Shown here piece after piece: positions 18,985-29,950 of a stretch of DNA of 64,000 nt. How positions within the stretch are numbered: position 1 is the stretch's first letter; each line of letters begins with the position of its first letter. This DNA is from Eubacteriales bacterium (GTDB lineage: Bacteria; Bacillota; Clostridia; Oscillospirales; QAKW01), in assembly GCA_045541455.1 (NCBI GenBank), contig JAZQJA010000019.1, positions 22,387-86,386 of the forward strand, written 5' to 3'. The notes under the pieces are model-generated. The model saw only the letters and a list, made by a program, of their open reading frames with translations, had not been told where the DNA came from and did not search any database. Both the position numbers and the translations under genes were made by a program.

Positions 18985-19568
18985 GAACAGCATCTCTTTC
19001 ACGAAAAACTGCAGAAACAGATATAACACTCACACTTAATATTGACGGCACGGGAAAGGCTGATGTTAAAAGCGGTAACGGTTTTTTTGACCACATGCTG
19101 ACTTTACTTGCTCGTCACGCAAGATTTGATATAACCCTTTGCTGTAACGGTGATACAGATGTCGATTTTCACCATAGTGCTGAGGATATTGGCATTGTGC
19201 TTGGACAGGCGTTTGAAAAAGCGCTTGGTGACAAATGCGGAATAACGCGCTTTGCCGATACAATTTTGCCAATGGACGAGGCGCTCGTAATGACTGCAAT
19301 TGACATTTCGGGCAGGCGCACACTTGTTTTTGATGTTAATTTACCCCGTGCAAAAGTAGGCGGCTTTGATACCGAACTCGTTTTGGAGTTTATGACAGCG
19401 TTTGTAATGAATGCGGCAGTAACATTACATATAAAAAGCCTTTCGGGAACAAATACCCACCACATAATTGAGTGTGCGTTTAAATCGCTTGGCAGAACTT
19501 TGCGTTATGCTGTAAAACTCGATCCCGACGCACCCGACTCAGTTCCGTCAACAAAGGGAGTTCTTTAA
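18981..19568 (+). CDS. hisB: imidazoleglycerol-phosphate dehydratase
   Basis: [31 protein letters not shown]. Confidence 0.95.
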   Translation: MRTASLSRKTAETDITLTLNIDGTGKADVKSGNGFFDHMLTLLARHARFDITLCCNGDTDVDFHHSAEDIGIVLGQAFEKALGDKCGITRFADTILPMDEALVMTAIDISGRRTLVFDVNLPRAKVGGFDTELVLEFMTAFVMNAAVTLHIKSLSGTNTHHIIECAFKSLGRTLRYAVKLDPDAPDSVPSTKGVL

Positions 19569-20179
19569 TGATAGCAATTATAGATTACGGTGTCGGAAAT
19601 CTGTTTTCACTTAAAAGTACCTTTAATATGCTTGAGCATAAGTCGGTAGTGACATCAGACCCCGATACTATTAAAAATGCATCGCGCATAATATTGCCCG
19701 GTGTCGGTGCATTTGAAGACGCGTCAAAAAAACTGCGTGAGAGCGGTTTGTTTTCACTTGTTCTTGACGAGGCGAAAGCGGGCAAAGCAATACTTGGTAT
19801 ATGCCTTGGTATGCAAATGCTGTTTGAAAAGAGTTACGAGTATGGCGAACATCAAGGCCTCGGCCTTATAAACGGCAATGTTAAGGCGATACGCGATGTT
19901 GTGCCAAAGGGCGCAGGCATTCCGCATATCGGTTGGAACAGTCTTGATTTTAAAAACGGCAAAAGCCCGCTGTTTAAGTATATAAACGAGGGTGATTATG
20001 TCTATTTTGTTCATTCATATTACGGCGCCGATTGTGATGAGTTTGTAATCGCAACCACCGACTACTATCAGCCTCTTACGGCGGCAGTACAAAAAGACAA
20101 TGTAATGGGTACTCAGTTCCACCCCGAAAAGAGCGGTGAAACGGGTCTTAAAATATTAAAAGCGTTTTGTGAGATATAA
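19568..20179 (+). CDS. hisH: IGP synthase glutaminase subunit
   Basis: DYGVGN, LPGVG, GICLGMQ, QFHPEKS. Confidence 0.95.
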   Translation: MIAIIDYGVGNLFSLKSTFNMLEHKSVVTSDPDTIKNASRIILPGVGAFEDASKKLRESGLFSLVLDEAKAGKAILGICLGMQMLFEKSYEYGEHQGLGLINGNVKAIRDVVPKGAGIPHIGWNSLDFKNGKSPLFKYINEGDYVYFVHSYYGADCDEFVIATTDYYQPLTAAVQKDNVMGTQFHPEKSGETGLKILKAFCEI

Positions 20180-20182
20180 ACT

Positions 20183-20908
20183 ATGATAATTTTACCGGCA
20201 ATCGACCTTATCGGCGGCAAGGCTGTACGGCTGCAAAAGGGCGATTATAATAAAAAAACAGTATACAGCGACAGCCCGTCAGATGTTGCAAAGTCATTTG
20301 CACAAAGCGGGGCTGAGTATATCCATCTTGTCGACCTTGACGGTGCAAAAAGCGGTTGCACCGACAACTTTAAAACGGTAGAGCAAATTGTAAAAGAAAG
20401 CAATTTATTTGCCGAAGTCGGCGGCGGAATAAGAAATATAGAAACCGTTAAGCGCTATTTTGATGCAGGGGTGGGCCGTGTTATTATTGGCACCGCCGCT
20501 GTTAAAGACCCAAAGTTTTTAGATTTGTGTCTTGAAAAGTACGGCGATAAAATAGCAGTCGGCATTGATATTAAAGACGGATTTGTGGCGCTTCACGGTT
20601 GGACCGAAATTTCAAACTATGACTGCGACAGTTTTTTTGCAAGTATGCAAAGCAAAAATGTTAAAAATTTAATATGCACAGATATATCAAAAGACGGTAT
20701 GATGCAGGGCACAAACATTGCCCTTTACCGTGACCTTGCCAAAAAGTTTACCGTTGATATAACGGCGTCGGGCGGTGTGTCAAGTTATGACGATATAAAA
20801 TCACTTTGTGACATCGGCGTGTACGGTGCAATACTTGGTAAGGCGCTATATACCGGTGCTATTGATCTTTCAAAAGCAATAGCTTTTGCAAAGGAGTATT
20901 CAAAATGA
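20183..20908 (+). CDS. hisA: ProFAR isomerase
   Basis: PAIDL, HLVDLDGA, GGGIR, TDISKDG. Confidence 0.95.
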   Translation: MIILPAIDLIGGKAVRLQKGDYNKKTVYSDSPSDVAKSFAQSGAEYIHLVDLDGAKSGCTDNFKTVEQIVKESNLFAEVGGGIRNIETVKRYFDAGVGRVIIGTAAVKDPKFLDLCLEKYGDKIAVGIDIKDGFVALHGWTEISNYDCDSFFASMQSKNVKNLICTDISKDGMMQGTNIALYRDLAKKFTVDITASGGVSSYDDIKSLCDIGVYGAILGKALYTGAIDLSKAIAFAKEYSK

Positions 20909-21675
20909 TAACAAAACGAATTATACCTTGCCTTGATGTGCGCGATGCACGTGTTGTAAAGGGCGTAAATTTTGAAGGGTTAAGCGATGTTTCAAGCCCT
21001 GTAACACTTGCTGAATATTACAGTAAATGCGGCGCTGATGAACTGGTTTTTTATGATATAACAGCATCGTTTGAAAAACGAAAACTGTTTACCGATATAT
21101 TAAAGCAGGTTGCAAGCACAATTTTTATTCCGCTAACGGTTGGCGGCGGTATAAATACAGTTGACGATTTCGAGCGGGTGCTTAGTTGTGGTGCTGATAA
21201 AGTAAGTGTAAACAGCGGTGCCATTAAAAACCCGTCGCTTGTTTATGAGGCAGCAAAAAAATACGGCGACCAGTGTGTTGTTTTGTCAGTTGATATAAAG
21301 CGTGTTGACGGTGTATTTAAGGTGTTTGCAAAGGGCGGCCGTGAAAACACCGGTATGGAAGCAATTGAATGGATAAAACGATGTGTTCAAAACGGTGCGG
21401 GTGAGGTTGTTGTAAACAGCATTGATACCGACGGAGTTAAAAAAGGTTTTGACATAGAAATGCTTGATAAAGTATTAAATGCAGTAAGCGTGCCTGTAAT
21501 TGCATCGGGCGGGGCAGGCAAAATTGACGATTTTACAACGCTGTTTAAAACTCTGCCTACCGTAAGTGCAGGTCTTGCCGCGTCTATTTTCCATTTTGGA
21601 GAGGTTAAAATTTCCGACCTTAAAGACACACTTGCAAACGAGGGTATTCAAGTTAGGAGAATTAAAAATGATTAA
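20905..21675 (+). CDS. hisF: IGP synthase cyclase subunit
   Basis: [34 protein letters not shown]. Confidence 0.95.
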   Translation: MITKRIIPCLDVRDARVVKGVNFEGLSDVSSPVTLAEYYSKCGADELVFYDITASFEKRKLFTDILKQVASTIFIPLTVGGGINTVDDFERVLSCGADKVSVNSGAIKNPSLVYEAAKKYGDQCVVLSVDIKRVDGVFKVFAKGGRENTGMEAIEWIKRCVQNGAGEVVVNSIDTDGVKKGFDIEMLDKVLNAVSVPVIASGGAGKIDDFTTLFKTLPTVSAGLAASIFHFGEVKISDLKDTLANEGIQVRRIKND

Positions 21676-22315
21676 TATTGATAATTTAAAATTTGATGAA
21701 AAGGGACTCATTCCCTGCGTTGTTACCGACGCGCTTTCAAAAAAAGTTTTAACTGTTGCATATATGAACAGAGAAAGCCTTGAGATAAGTATTAAAGAGG
21801 GTAAAACCTGCTTCTTCTCGCGTTCGCGCCAAAAACTGTGGCGTAAGGGCGAAACATCGGGAAACTTTCAACACATTGTAAGTATTACGGCAGACTGTGA
21901 CAAAGACGCTTTAACTGTTGAGGTTATAAAAGATGGCCCTGCTTGCCATTTGGGTACAGACTCTTGTTTTAACGAGGTCATTTACGAGGGCGAACAAAAA
22001 TCTTTTTCGCTTGAAGGTCTTTATGATTTGCTTTTGGGCAGAAAGAATAACCCGCAGGAAAATTCCTATACCTCATACCTATTTGAAAAGGGTGTTGATA
22101 AAATTTTAAAAAAAGTAGGAGAAGAATGTACTGAGGTAATTATTGCGGGAAAGGCTGATGATAAGGCAGAAACGGTATATGAAATTGCAGACCTTGCATA
22201 TCACGTAATGGTTTTAATGGTTGAAATGGGCATTTCAGTTGAGGATATAAAAAGAGAACTTGCCTCGCGCCATATTATAAATAAAAAGGTTAAGCAGGAG
22301 AAAATGACAAAATGA
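21668..22315 (+). CDS. hisIE: bifunctional PR-AMP cyclohydrolase / PR-ATP pyrophosphatase
   Basis: ATG 21668 after AGGAG; WRKGETSG, DCDKD, CHLG..SCF, KKVGEE, EIADLAYH. Confidence 0.95.
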   Translation: MINIDNLKFDEKGLIPCVVTDALSKKVLTVAYMNRESLEISIKEGKTCFFSRSRQKLWRKGETSGNFQHIVSITADCDKDALTVEVIKDGPACHLGTDSCFNEVIYEGEQKSFSLEGLYDLLLGRKNNPQENSYTSYLFEKGVDKILKKVGEECTEVIIAGKADDKAETVYEIADLAYHVMVLMVEMGISVEDIKRELASRHIINKKVKQEKMTK

Positions 22316-23106
22316 TTTTACCCGATATACATACGCACACGGTTTTTTGTGACGGCAAAAATACACCGCGTGAGATGGTGTGTGCTGCAATTGAAAAAAA
22401 TATGAGCGGTATTGGGTTTTCGGGGCATGGTCATACTAACCTTGAAAACAATTACGGAATGTCGCCTGCTTTGACAGAACAATACATTCAGCAGATAAAT
22501 GCGCTGAAAGCTGAGTTTGACGGTAAAATTGATATATTTTTGGGTATAGAAGCAGATTTTAATACAATTTACGATAAAGCTAAGTTTGACTATTCAATAG
22601 GCTCGGTCCACTATGTCGGAGGCTTTGATGTTGATAACAGTGCCGATATTTTAAGAGATGCTGTTGAATCTCTTGGCGGGCCTGACGATTATGCTGAGCA
22701 GTATTTTGAACAAGTATCAAAGATAAAAGCAGTTACTGATTGCGATGTTATAGGTCACTTTGACCTTCTTACAAAGTTTGATGACAGTGCGAAAATTTTT
22801 AATCATGACAGCAAGCGTTATGTAACGGCGGCACTTACTGCAGTGAATGACCTTTTAAAAACCGATGTGGTATTTGAAGTAAACACCGGTGCAATTTTCA
22901 GGGGATATAGAACTACACCTTACCCTGCACCGTTTATTTTAAAACATATACTGCAAAAGGGGGGTGCCGTAACGGTTACGGGTGACGCGCACTGTGTGCA
23001 GGCAATCGGTGCGAATTTTGATTTAGCACTTGATATTTTGCGTGCCGTTGGGTTTAAATCAGTTAAAAAACTAACAAGTAACGGCTTTATTGATGTGAAA
23101 ATATAA
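22312..23106 (+). CDS. hisJ: histidinol-phosphatase, PHP family
   Basis: DIHTHT, GSVH, GHFDL, EVNTG, GDAH; last gene of his operon. Confidence 0.85.
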   Translation: MILPDIHTHTVFCDGKNTPREMVCAAIEKNMSGIGFSGHGHTNLENNYGMSPALTEQYIQQINALKAEFDGKIDIFLGIEADFNTIYDKAKFDYSIGSVHYVGGFDVDNSADILRDAVESLGGPDDYAEQYFEQVSKIKAVTDCDVIGHFDLLTKFDDSAKIFNHDSKRYVTAALTAVNDLLKTDVVFEVNTGAIFRGYRTTPYPAPFILKHILQKGGAVTVTGDAHCVQAIGANFDLALDILRAVGFKSVKKLTSNGFIDVKI

Positions 23107-23131
23107 AAAACGGAGCAAAGCTCCGTTTTTT
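23106..23131. terminator. bidirectional terminator
   Basis: AAAAACGGAGC-AAA-GCTCCGTTTTT. Confidence 0.85.
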
Positions 23132-23360
23132 AATTTCTGCATCTTTGAATTATCAAGAAAATCACGAATAATATTGCAAGGATTATAGCTGATGCAATAA
23201 TTACAGGTAATGCAGGTGTTAAAATGGCGGTAAATACAATACCGATTATAATGCCGATAGCAAGCGCTAAGAGTGCGCCGATAATAGCAAGAACGGCAGT
23301 GTAGCAACCGCCTGTCTGTCCTCTGTTTACACAGCGGCAGTTGTTATAATTATTCTCCAT
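23130..23360 (-). CDS. small two-TM protein with Cys/Asn-rich N-terminus
   Basis: MENNYNNCRC.. followed by ~50 hydrophobic residues; fills the gap between convergent terminator and next gene. Confidence 0.65.
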   Translation of the reverse strand: MENNYNNCRCVNRGQTGGCYTAVLAIIGALLALAIGIIIGIVFTAILTPALPVIIASAIILAILFVIFLIIQRCRN

Positions 23361-23459
23361 ATTTTCCACTTCCATTAAAAATCAGCCGACTGTACTATAT
23401 ACTATGAAAAACTAAAAATATGTGATACAATAAATTGTAAAAAGGGGGGCAAAACGCTT

Positions 23460-24362
23460 TTGTACTATAATTCAATTAATGAACAACTTAAAAAGCAATA
23501 TGGCACAAAGGTTTATAAACTTGCGCTGTCGGGCGGTATGTCATGTCCTAACCGTGATGGTACAATTGATACGCGAGGGTGTATTTTTTGTTCAAGTGCA
23601 GGCTCGGGCGATTTTGCACAGAGTTTTGATATAGATATAGCCGCACAAATTGAAAAGGCAAAACAACGCGTTGCAAAAAAGGCGGGAGATAACGCAAAAT
23701 ATATCGCATATTTCCAAAGCTTTACAAACACCCACGCAAGCCCCCAATATCTTGAAAATATTTTTATGCAGGCAGTAAACCACCCCGATATTGTAATACT
23801 GTCGGTTGCAACCCGTCCCGACTGCCTTGGTGACGGTGTGCTTGATGTTTTGCGCCGTGTTGCCAAAATTAAACCGCTGTGGGTTGAATTAGGGCTGCAG
23901 ACAATACATCCTAAAACTGCCAGTTACATCCGGCGCGGGTATCCGCTTGAATGTTATGATAAAGCGGTTTGCGATTTACATTCAATCGGTGCTACCGTTA
24001 TAACCCATGTAATTTTAGGCCTTCCAAATGAAACACGGGAAATGATGCTCGAAACAGTGCGCTATGCTTCAAAGGGTGACGGTGTTAAACTTCAACTATT
24101 ACATATATTAAAGGGCACCGACCTTGAAAAAGAATATAACGAAGGAAAAGTAACACCTCTTTCAAAAGAGGAGTATCTTGATATATTGTCCGACTGCGTT
24201 AAAAATCTGCCAAAACGCGTTGTGATACACCGTTTAACAGGTGACGGTGATAAAAAACTGCTTGTCGCACCAATGTGGAGTGCCAATAAACGCGATGTGC
24301 TTAATAGTATTGCCAAAATAGATATTAAGCAAGGACAAAGCCTTGACATAACAAACAAATAA
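23460..24362 (+). CDS. radical SAM protein, TIGR01212/YhcC family
   Basis: CPNRDG....GCIFC, YFQSFTNT, TRPDC, ELGLQT, HRLTGD. Confidence 0.9.
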   Translation: MYYNSINEQLKKQYGTKVYKLALSGGMSCPNRDGTIDTRGCIFCSSAGSGDFAQSFDIDIAAQIEKAKQRVAKKAGDNAKYIAYFQSFTNTHASPQYLENIFMQAVNHPDIVILSVATRPDCLGDGVLDVLRRVAKIKPLWVELGLQTIHPKTASYIRRGYPLECYDKAVCDLHSIGATVITHVILGLPNETREMMLETVRYASKGDGVKLQLLHILKGTDLEKEYNEGKVTPLSKEEYLDILSDCVKNLPKRVVIHRLTGDGDKKLLVAPMWSANKRDVLNSIAKIDIKQGQSLDITNK

Positions 24363-24371
24363 ATATATAAT
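24343..24371 (+). promoter_or_regulatory. sigma-A promoter of glyQS
   Basis: TTGACA-17 bp-TATAAT. Confidence 0.75.
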
Positions 24372-24401
24372 ATTTTGGATAATATGCAGGAGAGAAACGC
24401 T

Positions 24402-25805
24402 ATGAAAAATACAGAAAAAACAATGGAAAAAGTTGTTGCGCTTTGTAAAAACCGCGGTTTTGTTTATGCCGGCAGTGAAATTTACGGCGGTCTTGCAAAC
24501 AGCTGGGACTACGGTCCGCTCGGCGCAGAACTTAAAAATAATGTAAAACGCGCGTGGTGGAAAAAGTTTGTTCAGGAAAGCCCGTATAACGTCGGCCTTG
24601 ACAGCGCCATTCTTATGAATCCGGAGACTTGGGTGGCATCTGGTCATCTTGGCGGTTTTTCCGATCCGCTTATGGACTGTAAGGTTTGTAAAACACGCCA
24701 CCGTGCAGATAAACTTATTGAGGATTTTGTTGCACAAAACGGCAGGGACGAAAATCCTGCAGGCTGGACAGATGAGCAAATGCTCTCGTTTATTAAAGAA
24801 AACGGCATCACTTGCCCTTCTTGCGGTTCGGGTGATTTTACAGACATTCGTAAATTTAACCTTATGTTTAAAACCTTTCAGGGTGTTACAGAGGATTCGT
24901 CGTCAACACTTTACCTTCGTCCTGAAACTGCACAGGGTATTTTTGTAAACTTTAAAAATATTCAGCGCACTACCAGAAAAAAGGTGCCGTTTGGTGTAGG
25001 ACAGATAGGCAAATCATTTAGAAACGAAATCACACCCGGTAACTTTACATTCCGTACCCGCGAGTTTGAGCAGATGGAACTTGAATTTTTCTGTAAACCG
25101 GGCACCGACCTTGAATGGTTTGACTATTGGCGTGCTTATTGCCGTGACTGGTTGTATGCACTTGGTATGAAAGAAGAAAATCTCCGTCTTCGCGACCACG
25201 ACCCTGAGGAGTTGTGTTTCTATTCAAAAGCCACTACCGACTTTGAATTTATGTTCCCGTTTGGCTGGGGCGAACTTTGGGGAATTGCCGATAGAACCGA
25301 CTATGACCTTACTCAGCATGCAAATCATTCGCATGAGCCTATGGAGTATTTTGACCCCGAAACAAACGAGAAATATGTTCCGTATGTAATTGAGCCGTCG
25401 CTTGGTGCCGACCGTGTTGTTCTTGCATTTTTGTGTGAGGCGTATGACGAAGAAAATATTTCAAACGACCCTGCAAAACCCGATGTACGTACAGTTTTGC
25501 GTTTGCACCCCGCTCTTGCACCATTTAAGGCTGCAATACTTCCGCTTTCTAAAAAATTGTCTGATAAGGCAGGAGAGGTGTATGCGCAACTTTCAAAATC
25601 GTTTATGGTAGACTTTGACGACGCAGGCTCAATCGGTAAGCGTTATCGCCGTCAGGACGAGATAGGTACACCCATCTGTATCACCTACGACTTTGAGAGC
25701 TTGGAAGACGGCTGTGTAACAGTTCGTGACAGGGATACAATGCAACAGCAACGTATAAAAATCGAGGACCTCACAGCATATATCAACGAAAAAATTAACT
25801 TTTAA
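24402..25805 (+). CDS. glyQS: glycine--tRNA ligase (alpha2 type)
   Basis: [40 protein letters not shown]. Confidence 0.95.
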   Translation: MKNTEKTMEKVVALCKNRGFVYAGSEIYGGLANSWDYGPLGAELKNNVKRAWWKKFVQESPYNVGLDSAILMNPETWVASGHLGGFSDPLMDCKVCKTRHRADKLIEDFVAQNGRDENPAGWTDEQMLSFIKENGITCPSCGSGDFTDIRKFNLMFKTFQGVTEDSSSTLYLRPETAQGIFVNFKNIQRTTRKKVPFGVGQIGKSFRNEITPGNFTFRTREFEQMELEFFCKPGTDLEWFDYWRAYCRDWLYALGMKEENLRLRDHDPEELCFYSKATTDFEFMFPFGWGELWGIADRTDYDLTQHANHSHEPMEYFDPETNEKYVPYVIEPSLGADRVVLAFLCEAYDEENISNDPAKPDVRTVLRLHPALAPFKAAILPLSKKLSDKAGEVYAQLSKSFMVDFDDAGSIGKRYRRQDEIGTPICITYDFESLEDGCVTVRDRDTMQQQRIKIEDLTAYINEKINF

Positions 25806-25910
25806 AAATTTTTGTTGACAAACCGCGTAATATTATATATAATATCAAATGCTATATTGAAATAATGGGGTTTACCCTAATTATAAACGAAATGTCAGGA
25901 GGGAACAAAA

Positions 25911-26045
25911 GTGGTTCGTACTTATCAGCCTAAGAAAAGACAGAGAAGCAAAGTTCACGGCTTCAGAAAGAGAATGAGAACAGCTAACGGCAGAAAGGTT
26001 CTTGCCAGAAGACGCGCAAAGGGCAGAGTAAGATTATCTCATTAA
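25911..26045 (+). CDS. rpmH: 50S ribosomal protein L34 (absent from ORF track)
   Basis: GTG start after AGGAGG; [44 protein letters not shown]. Confidence 0.97.
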   Translation: MVRTYQPKKRQRSKVHGFRKRMRTANGRKVLARRRAKGRVRLSH

Positions 26046-26050
26046 ATAAT

Positions 26051-26083
26051 AGAGGGGCTCTAGGTTAAAGAGAGCCCCTTTTT
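26051..26083 (+). terminator. intrinsic terminator/attenuator after rpmH
   Basis: AGGGGCTCT-loop-AGAGCCCCT-TTTT. Confidence 0.75.
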
Positions 26084-26105
26084 ATTTAAAATCAAAAGGA
26101 AAGAT

Positions 26106-26429
26106 ATGAAAATTGACAGCGTTAAAGAAAATGTAAGTTTCCGCAGGGCGTATCATAAGGGCAAGTCGGTTAATCACCCTCTTATAAGCGTCTATTGGCG
26201 GAAAAATTATATGGGCAATTTAAGACTTGGTATCACCGTTTCAAAAAAACTCGGCTGTGCGCCAAAACGTAACCGTGTCAGGCGCATTATTCGTGCAGCG
26301 GCGACAAACTGTGCGCAAATTTTGCCCGAAAACTGTGATATTATCATTGTTGCACGCTCCGCCTTGCTTAATTGTAAGAGTACAGATGTTGAGTGTGCTT
26401 TGCGTGAGTGTTTTGAAAAAAGTAACTAA
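26106..26429 (+). CDS. rnpA: ribonuclease P protein component
   Basis: [21 protein letters not shown]. Confidence 0.95.
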   Translation: MKIDSVKENVSFRRAYHKGKSVNHPLISVYWRKNYMGNLRLGITVSKKLGCAPKRNRVRRIIRAAATNCAQILPENCDIIIVARSALLNCKSTDVECALRECFEKSN

Positions 26430-26688
26430 GTTTTTAAGAAAATGTTTTATTTTCCCCATTTTGCTGTATCAAAAATATATCTCTCCCAACATTGCACCTC
26501 GGTGTAAATATTACCCCACTTGTTCAAATTATGCTGTAACCGCAATTGAAAAGCACGGCATAATTTTTGGAACACTGCTTGCCGTGTGGCGTATATTGCG
26601 CTGCAACCCATGGTCAAAAGGCGGTTTTGACTATGTACCCGAAACATTGTTTTGTAAAAAACAAAAGAAAACAAAAGGAGAACAATAA
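26413..26688 (+). CDS. yidD: membrane protein insertion efficiency factor (start approximate)
   Basis: [31 protein letters not shown]. Confidence 0.9.
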   Translation: MKKVTKFLRKCFIFPILLYQKYISPNIAPRCKYYPTCSNYAVTAIEKHGIIFGTLLAVWRILRCNPWSKGGFDYVPETLFCKKQKKTKGEQ

Positions 26689-27692
26689 TGTCACTTTGGA
26701 GTTATCTCGTTATCCCGTTCGGTTGGATAATGAAAACATGCTACGATTTTGTAGGCAGTTACGGCGTTGCCCTTTTTCTCTATGCTATAATTACAAGGGT
26801 ACTTCTCTTACCGTTGTCAATAAAACAGCAAAAAACTCAGCTCAATATGGTTCGTTTAAGACCGTATCAGGAAGAGTTGATGAAAAAATACGGTAATAAC
26901 ACACAAAAATATCAGCAGGAGCTTATGAATCTCTATCAACGTGAAGGTTACAGCCCCATGTCCAGTTGTTTGCCCACCTTCATTCAGCTCCCTGTTATTA
27001 TGCTTATTTATACAATTGTGCGTCGTCCGCTTTCTTATCTTGCAGGTATGTCACTTAAAGAAATGTGGCCGGCAATGCAACCTTATATAGAAAAGTTTCC
27101 TGATGTATTTAAGGGAATTAACACTGAAAACTTTACTCGTTACGAACTTCAGGCGTTCCCGTATCTTGCAGGTGATATAAATACAAAATTCTTAGGTATT
27201 TTTGAACTTACTGCAAAGCCGTCTGACTTTTTAAAGGGTGACGGTAATTTCTGGCTTATTCTAATACCTATCCTTGCAGGTGTTACAGCCTACCTTACAA
27301 GCTGGGTGTCACAAAAACTTTCACCCGCTATGACAGGTGATCAGCAAACTGCAGGTTCTATGAAAATAATGAATATTATGATGCCGCTTATCTCGGTATG
27401 GATTTCCTATACCTATACATCGGCACTCGGCTTGTACTGGATTGCTTCAAACATTGTTGCAATCGGTCAGACTGTTCTTTTAAACCGCCTTTACAATCCG
27501 CAAAAGGTTTTAAAAGAAGTTGAAGAAAAAATGGCAAAAGACAAGGCTGCCGAAAAAGAAAAACGCCGCCTTGCTGCCGAAAAACGCGCTCTTTCAAACA
27601 ATAAAAACAGTAAGAAAAAGCGTGCTATGAATGCACAGAACGCCGCACGGTCAAAAACCGACGACGCTACTGATACCGAAAAAGGAGAATAA
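26688..27692 (+). CDS. yidC: membrane protein insertase YidC
   Basis: YGVAL, RVLLLPL, CLP..IQLP, LGLYW. Confidence 0.9.
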   Translation: MSLWSYLVIPFGWIMKTCYDFVGSYGVALFLYAIITRVLLLPLSIKQQKTQLNMVRLRPYQEELMKKYGNNTQKYQQELMNLYQREGYSPMSSCLPTFIQLPVIMLIYTIVRRPLSYLAGMSLKEMWPAMQPYIEKFPDVFKGINTENFTRYELQAFPYLAGDINTKFLGIFELTAKPSDFLKGDGNFWLILIPILAGVTAYLTSWVSQKLSPAMTGDQQTAGSMKIMNIMMPLISVWISYTYTSALGLYWIASNIVAIGQTVLLNRLYNPQKVLKEVEEKMAKDKAAEKEKRRLAAEKRALSNNKNSKKKRAMNAQNAARSKTDDATDTEKGE

Positions 27693-27698
27693 TAAAGT

Positions 27699-28499
27699 AT
27701 GGCAATCAAGGAGTTGTTTTTTGAGGGCAAAACAATCGAAATTGCTCTTGAAAACGCAGCGGCGCAGCTTTTTGAGGATAAGGATATGCTTACTTATGAA
27801 GTAGTGCAATACCCAACAAAAGGCATTTTCGGAATAGGCGCCACCCCCGCCAAAATTAAGGTGGAACGTGAGGTTGCAGAACAAAGTGCACCTCAAAAAG
27901 AAAAGAAGGCAGAGCAAAAGGAAATAAAACTTCCAAAAGGTTTTGCACCTGAAAAAATTTCTAAAAAAGAGCCTGAAAAAAACAGTGCTCCAAAACAGCA
28001 ACCTGTTACAATTGAAAGAAAACTTACTCCCGTTACCCAAGACGATGAGGTTGCAAAAGCTGTTACCGATTTTATTTTAGGCTTGCTTGAAAATCTTGAA
28101 ATCGAAAACGGAAAAGTAACTGTCAGCATTGATGAGGACGGCAGTTATTTTGCTCAAATCGACGGCAGCAAAATGGGTGTACTCATCGGCAGACGCGGGG
28201 AGGCGTTAGATGCTGCACAGTACCTTACAAATCTTGTTATAAATCGCGGCAAAGACAAAAAGGTTAAAGTTATTCTTGACAGCGAAAACTACCGTGCAAA
28301 AAGAATTGCGGCACTTACTGCGCTTGCTAACAAAACTGCCGACAAGGCAATTAAGTATAAGAGAAATCAGTCGCTTGAGCCTATGGGTGCTTATGAACGC
28401 AGAATTATTCATGCATCACTTACCGGCAGAGAACACATCACTACCTATTCAGTCGGTACCGAACCCAGACGCAAGGTTGTTATTTCTTATCAAGCATAA
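27699..28499 (+). CDS. jag: RNA-binding protein Jag/EloR (KH + R3H)
   Basis: KGIFGIG, LIGRRGEALDA, ERRIIH. Confidence 0.9.
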   Translation: MAIKELFFEGKTIEIALENAAAQLFEDKDMLTYEVVQYPTKGIFGIGATPAKIKVEREVAEQSAPQKEKKAEQKEIKLPKGFAPEKISKKEPEKNSAPKQQPVTIERKLTPVTQDDEVAKAVTDFILGLLENLEIENGKVTVSIDEDGSYFAQIDGSKMGVLIGRRGEALDAAQYLTNLVINRGKDKKVKVILDSENYRAKRIAALTALANKTADKAIKYKRNQSLEPMGAYERRIIHASLTGREHITTYSVGTEPRRKVVISYQA

Positions 28500-28501
28500 T
28501 T

Positions 28502-28530
28502 AAAAGGCAGTTCTTTAGAACTGCCTTTTT
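28502..28530 (+). terminator. intrinsic terminator
   Basis: AAAAGGCAGTTC-TTTA-GAACTGCCTTTT. Confidence 0.8.
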
Positions 28531-28549
28531 AAATCCAAGGAGAATTTAT

Positions 28550-29911
28550 ATGGATACAATTTGTGCAATAGCAACCGCACGGGCGGCATCGGCCGTTGGC
28601 ATTATCCGTGTCAGCGGTGAAAAGGCGGTTGAAATTTGTGATAAAATACTCGTCTTAAAAAAAGGTACTCTTTTTGATTGTAAAGGTGCCAATATGCGCC
28701 TTTGCACCGTAACCGACGGCAAACGCGCTGTTGACAGCGCACTTGTAACGGTGTTTTTTGCACCGATGTCATATACCGGCGAAAATGTAGTTGAAATTTG
28801 TTGCCATGGCGGCGTGTCAATACTTGAACGTGTTATGAAACTGCTTATAAAAAACGGCGCTCGTTATGCCGTTGGCGGTGAATTTACAAAACGTGCGTTT
28901 TTAAACGGAAAACTCGACCTTGTTCAAGCAGAGGCGGTGTGCGACCTTATCAATTCTACATCGGCACTCGATGCAAGTCTTGCTCTAGACAGAATGTCTG
29001 GTAGGCTGTCAAACGAATTTACAGCAATTTTTGATGAACTCGTGTCGATAAATACTGATATTTTAGCGTATGTCGATTTTCCTGAAGAGGGTCTTTATGA
29101 TGTCGATGCGGGCAGTGTACTTGAAAAACTTAATGCAGTTCAAAAACGCCTTATAGCCCTTGAAAACAGTTTTAATATGGGTAGTGTAATAAGTGACGGT
29201 GTCGACACTGTTATTATCGGTGCTCCAAACGTTGGTAAAAGCACCCTTTTAAATGCAATTGTAGGCTTTGAAAGGGCAATAGTGTCAGATACGGCAGGTA
29301 CCACTCGCGATATGGTTACAGAACGCGCGGTAATGGGGGATGTTACACTCAATCTGTGCGATACGGCGGGCATCCGAAAAGATGCGGGTGAGATAGAAAG
29401 CCGCGGCATTGAACTTGCAAAGCGCTCGCTTGATAGTGCCGGCCTTGTGCTCGCAGTTTTTGATAGTTCAAGGGCACTTGACGACGGCGATAGGGAGATT
29501 ATAGAACTTTGTAAAAATAAAACTGCAATTGCAGTAGTAAACAAGTGCGATCTATCTTGTAAAATCGACCTTGAGTTTTTAGATAATAGTTTCTCATCAG
29601 TTGTAATGCTTTGTGCAAAACAAAACCATGGTATAAATGAACTTGAAAAAGAAATAAGTAGTTTGTTTTTAAACGATAAAATTTCACTTGAAAGCGGAAA
29701 ATTGCTTACAAACGCGCGCCATTATGAGCGTGTTGTGAAAGCACGTGAAAAAACAGACAGTGCTATTCAAACATTACAAAACGGGTTTACTCCTGACCTT
29801 GCAAGCGTTGATATTACCGAGGCGGCGGGCGAAATAGGCGCAATCACGGGTGCCGGTGTGTCAGACCGCATTATTGATGATATATTCTCTAAATTTTGTG
29901 TAGGAAAATAA
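28550..29911 (+). CDS. mnmE: tRNA modification GTPase
   Basis: DTICAIAT, SYTGE, GAPNVGKS, GTTRD, DTAG, NKCD, FCVGK. Confidence 0.95.
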   Translation: MDTICAIATARAASAVGIIRVSGEKAVEICDKILVLKKGTLFDCKGANMRLCTVTDGKRAVDSALVTVFFAPMSYTGENVVEICCHGGVSILERVMKLLIKNGARYAVGGEFTKRAFLNGKLDLVQAEAVCDLINSTSALDASLALDRMSGRLSNEFTAIFDELVSINTDILAYVDFPEEGLYDVDAGSVLEKLNAVQKRLIALENSFNMGSVISDGVDTVIIGAPNVGKSTLLNAIVGFERAIVSDTAGTTRDMVTERAVMGDVTLNLCDTAGIRKDAGEIESRGIELAKRSLDSAGLVLAVFDSSRALDDGDREIIELCKNKTAIAVVNKCDLSCKIDLEFLDNSFSSVVMLCAKQNHGINELEKEISSLFLNDKISLESGKLLTNARHYERVVKAREKTDSAIQTLQNGFTPDLASVDITEAAGEIGAITGAGVSDRIIDDIFSKFCVGK

Positions 29912-29947
29912 AAAAATACCTTATGGCACAGCCATAAGGTATTTTTT
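29911..29947. terminator. bidirectional terminator
   Basis: AAAAAATACCTTATGGC-ACA-GCCATAAGGTATTTTTT. Confidence 0.9.
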
Positions 29948-29950
29948 ATT

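Noticed and set aside
25806-25910. oriC upstream of rpmH
   Set aside because: No dnaA and no DnaA-box cluster; only a promoter-like TTGACA/TATAAT
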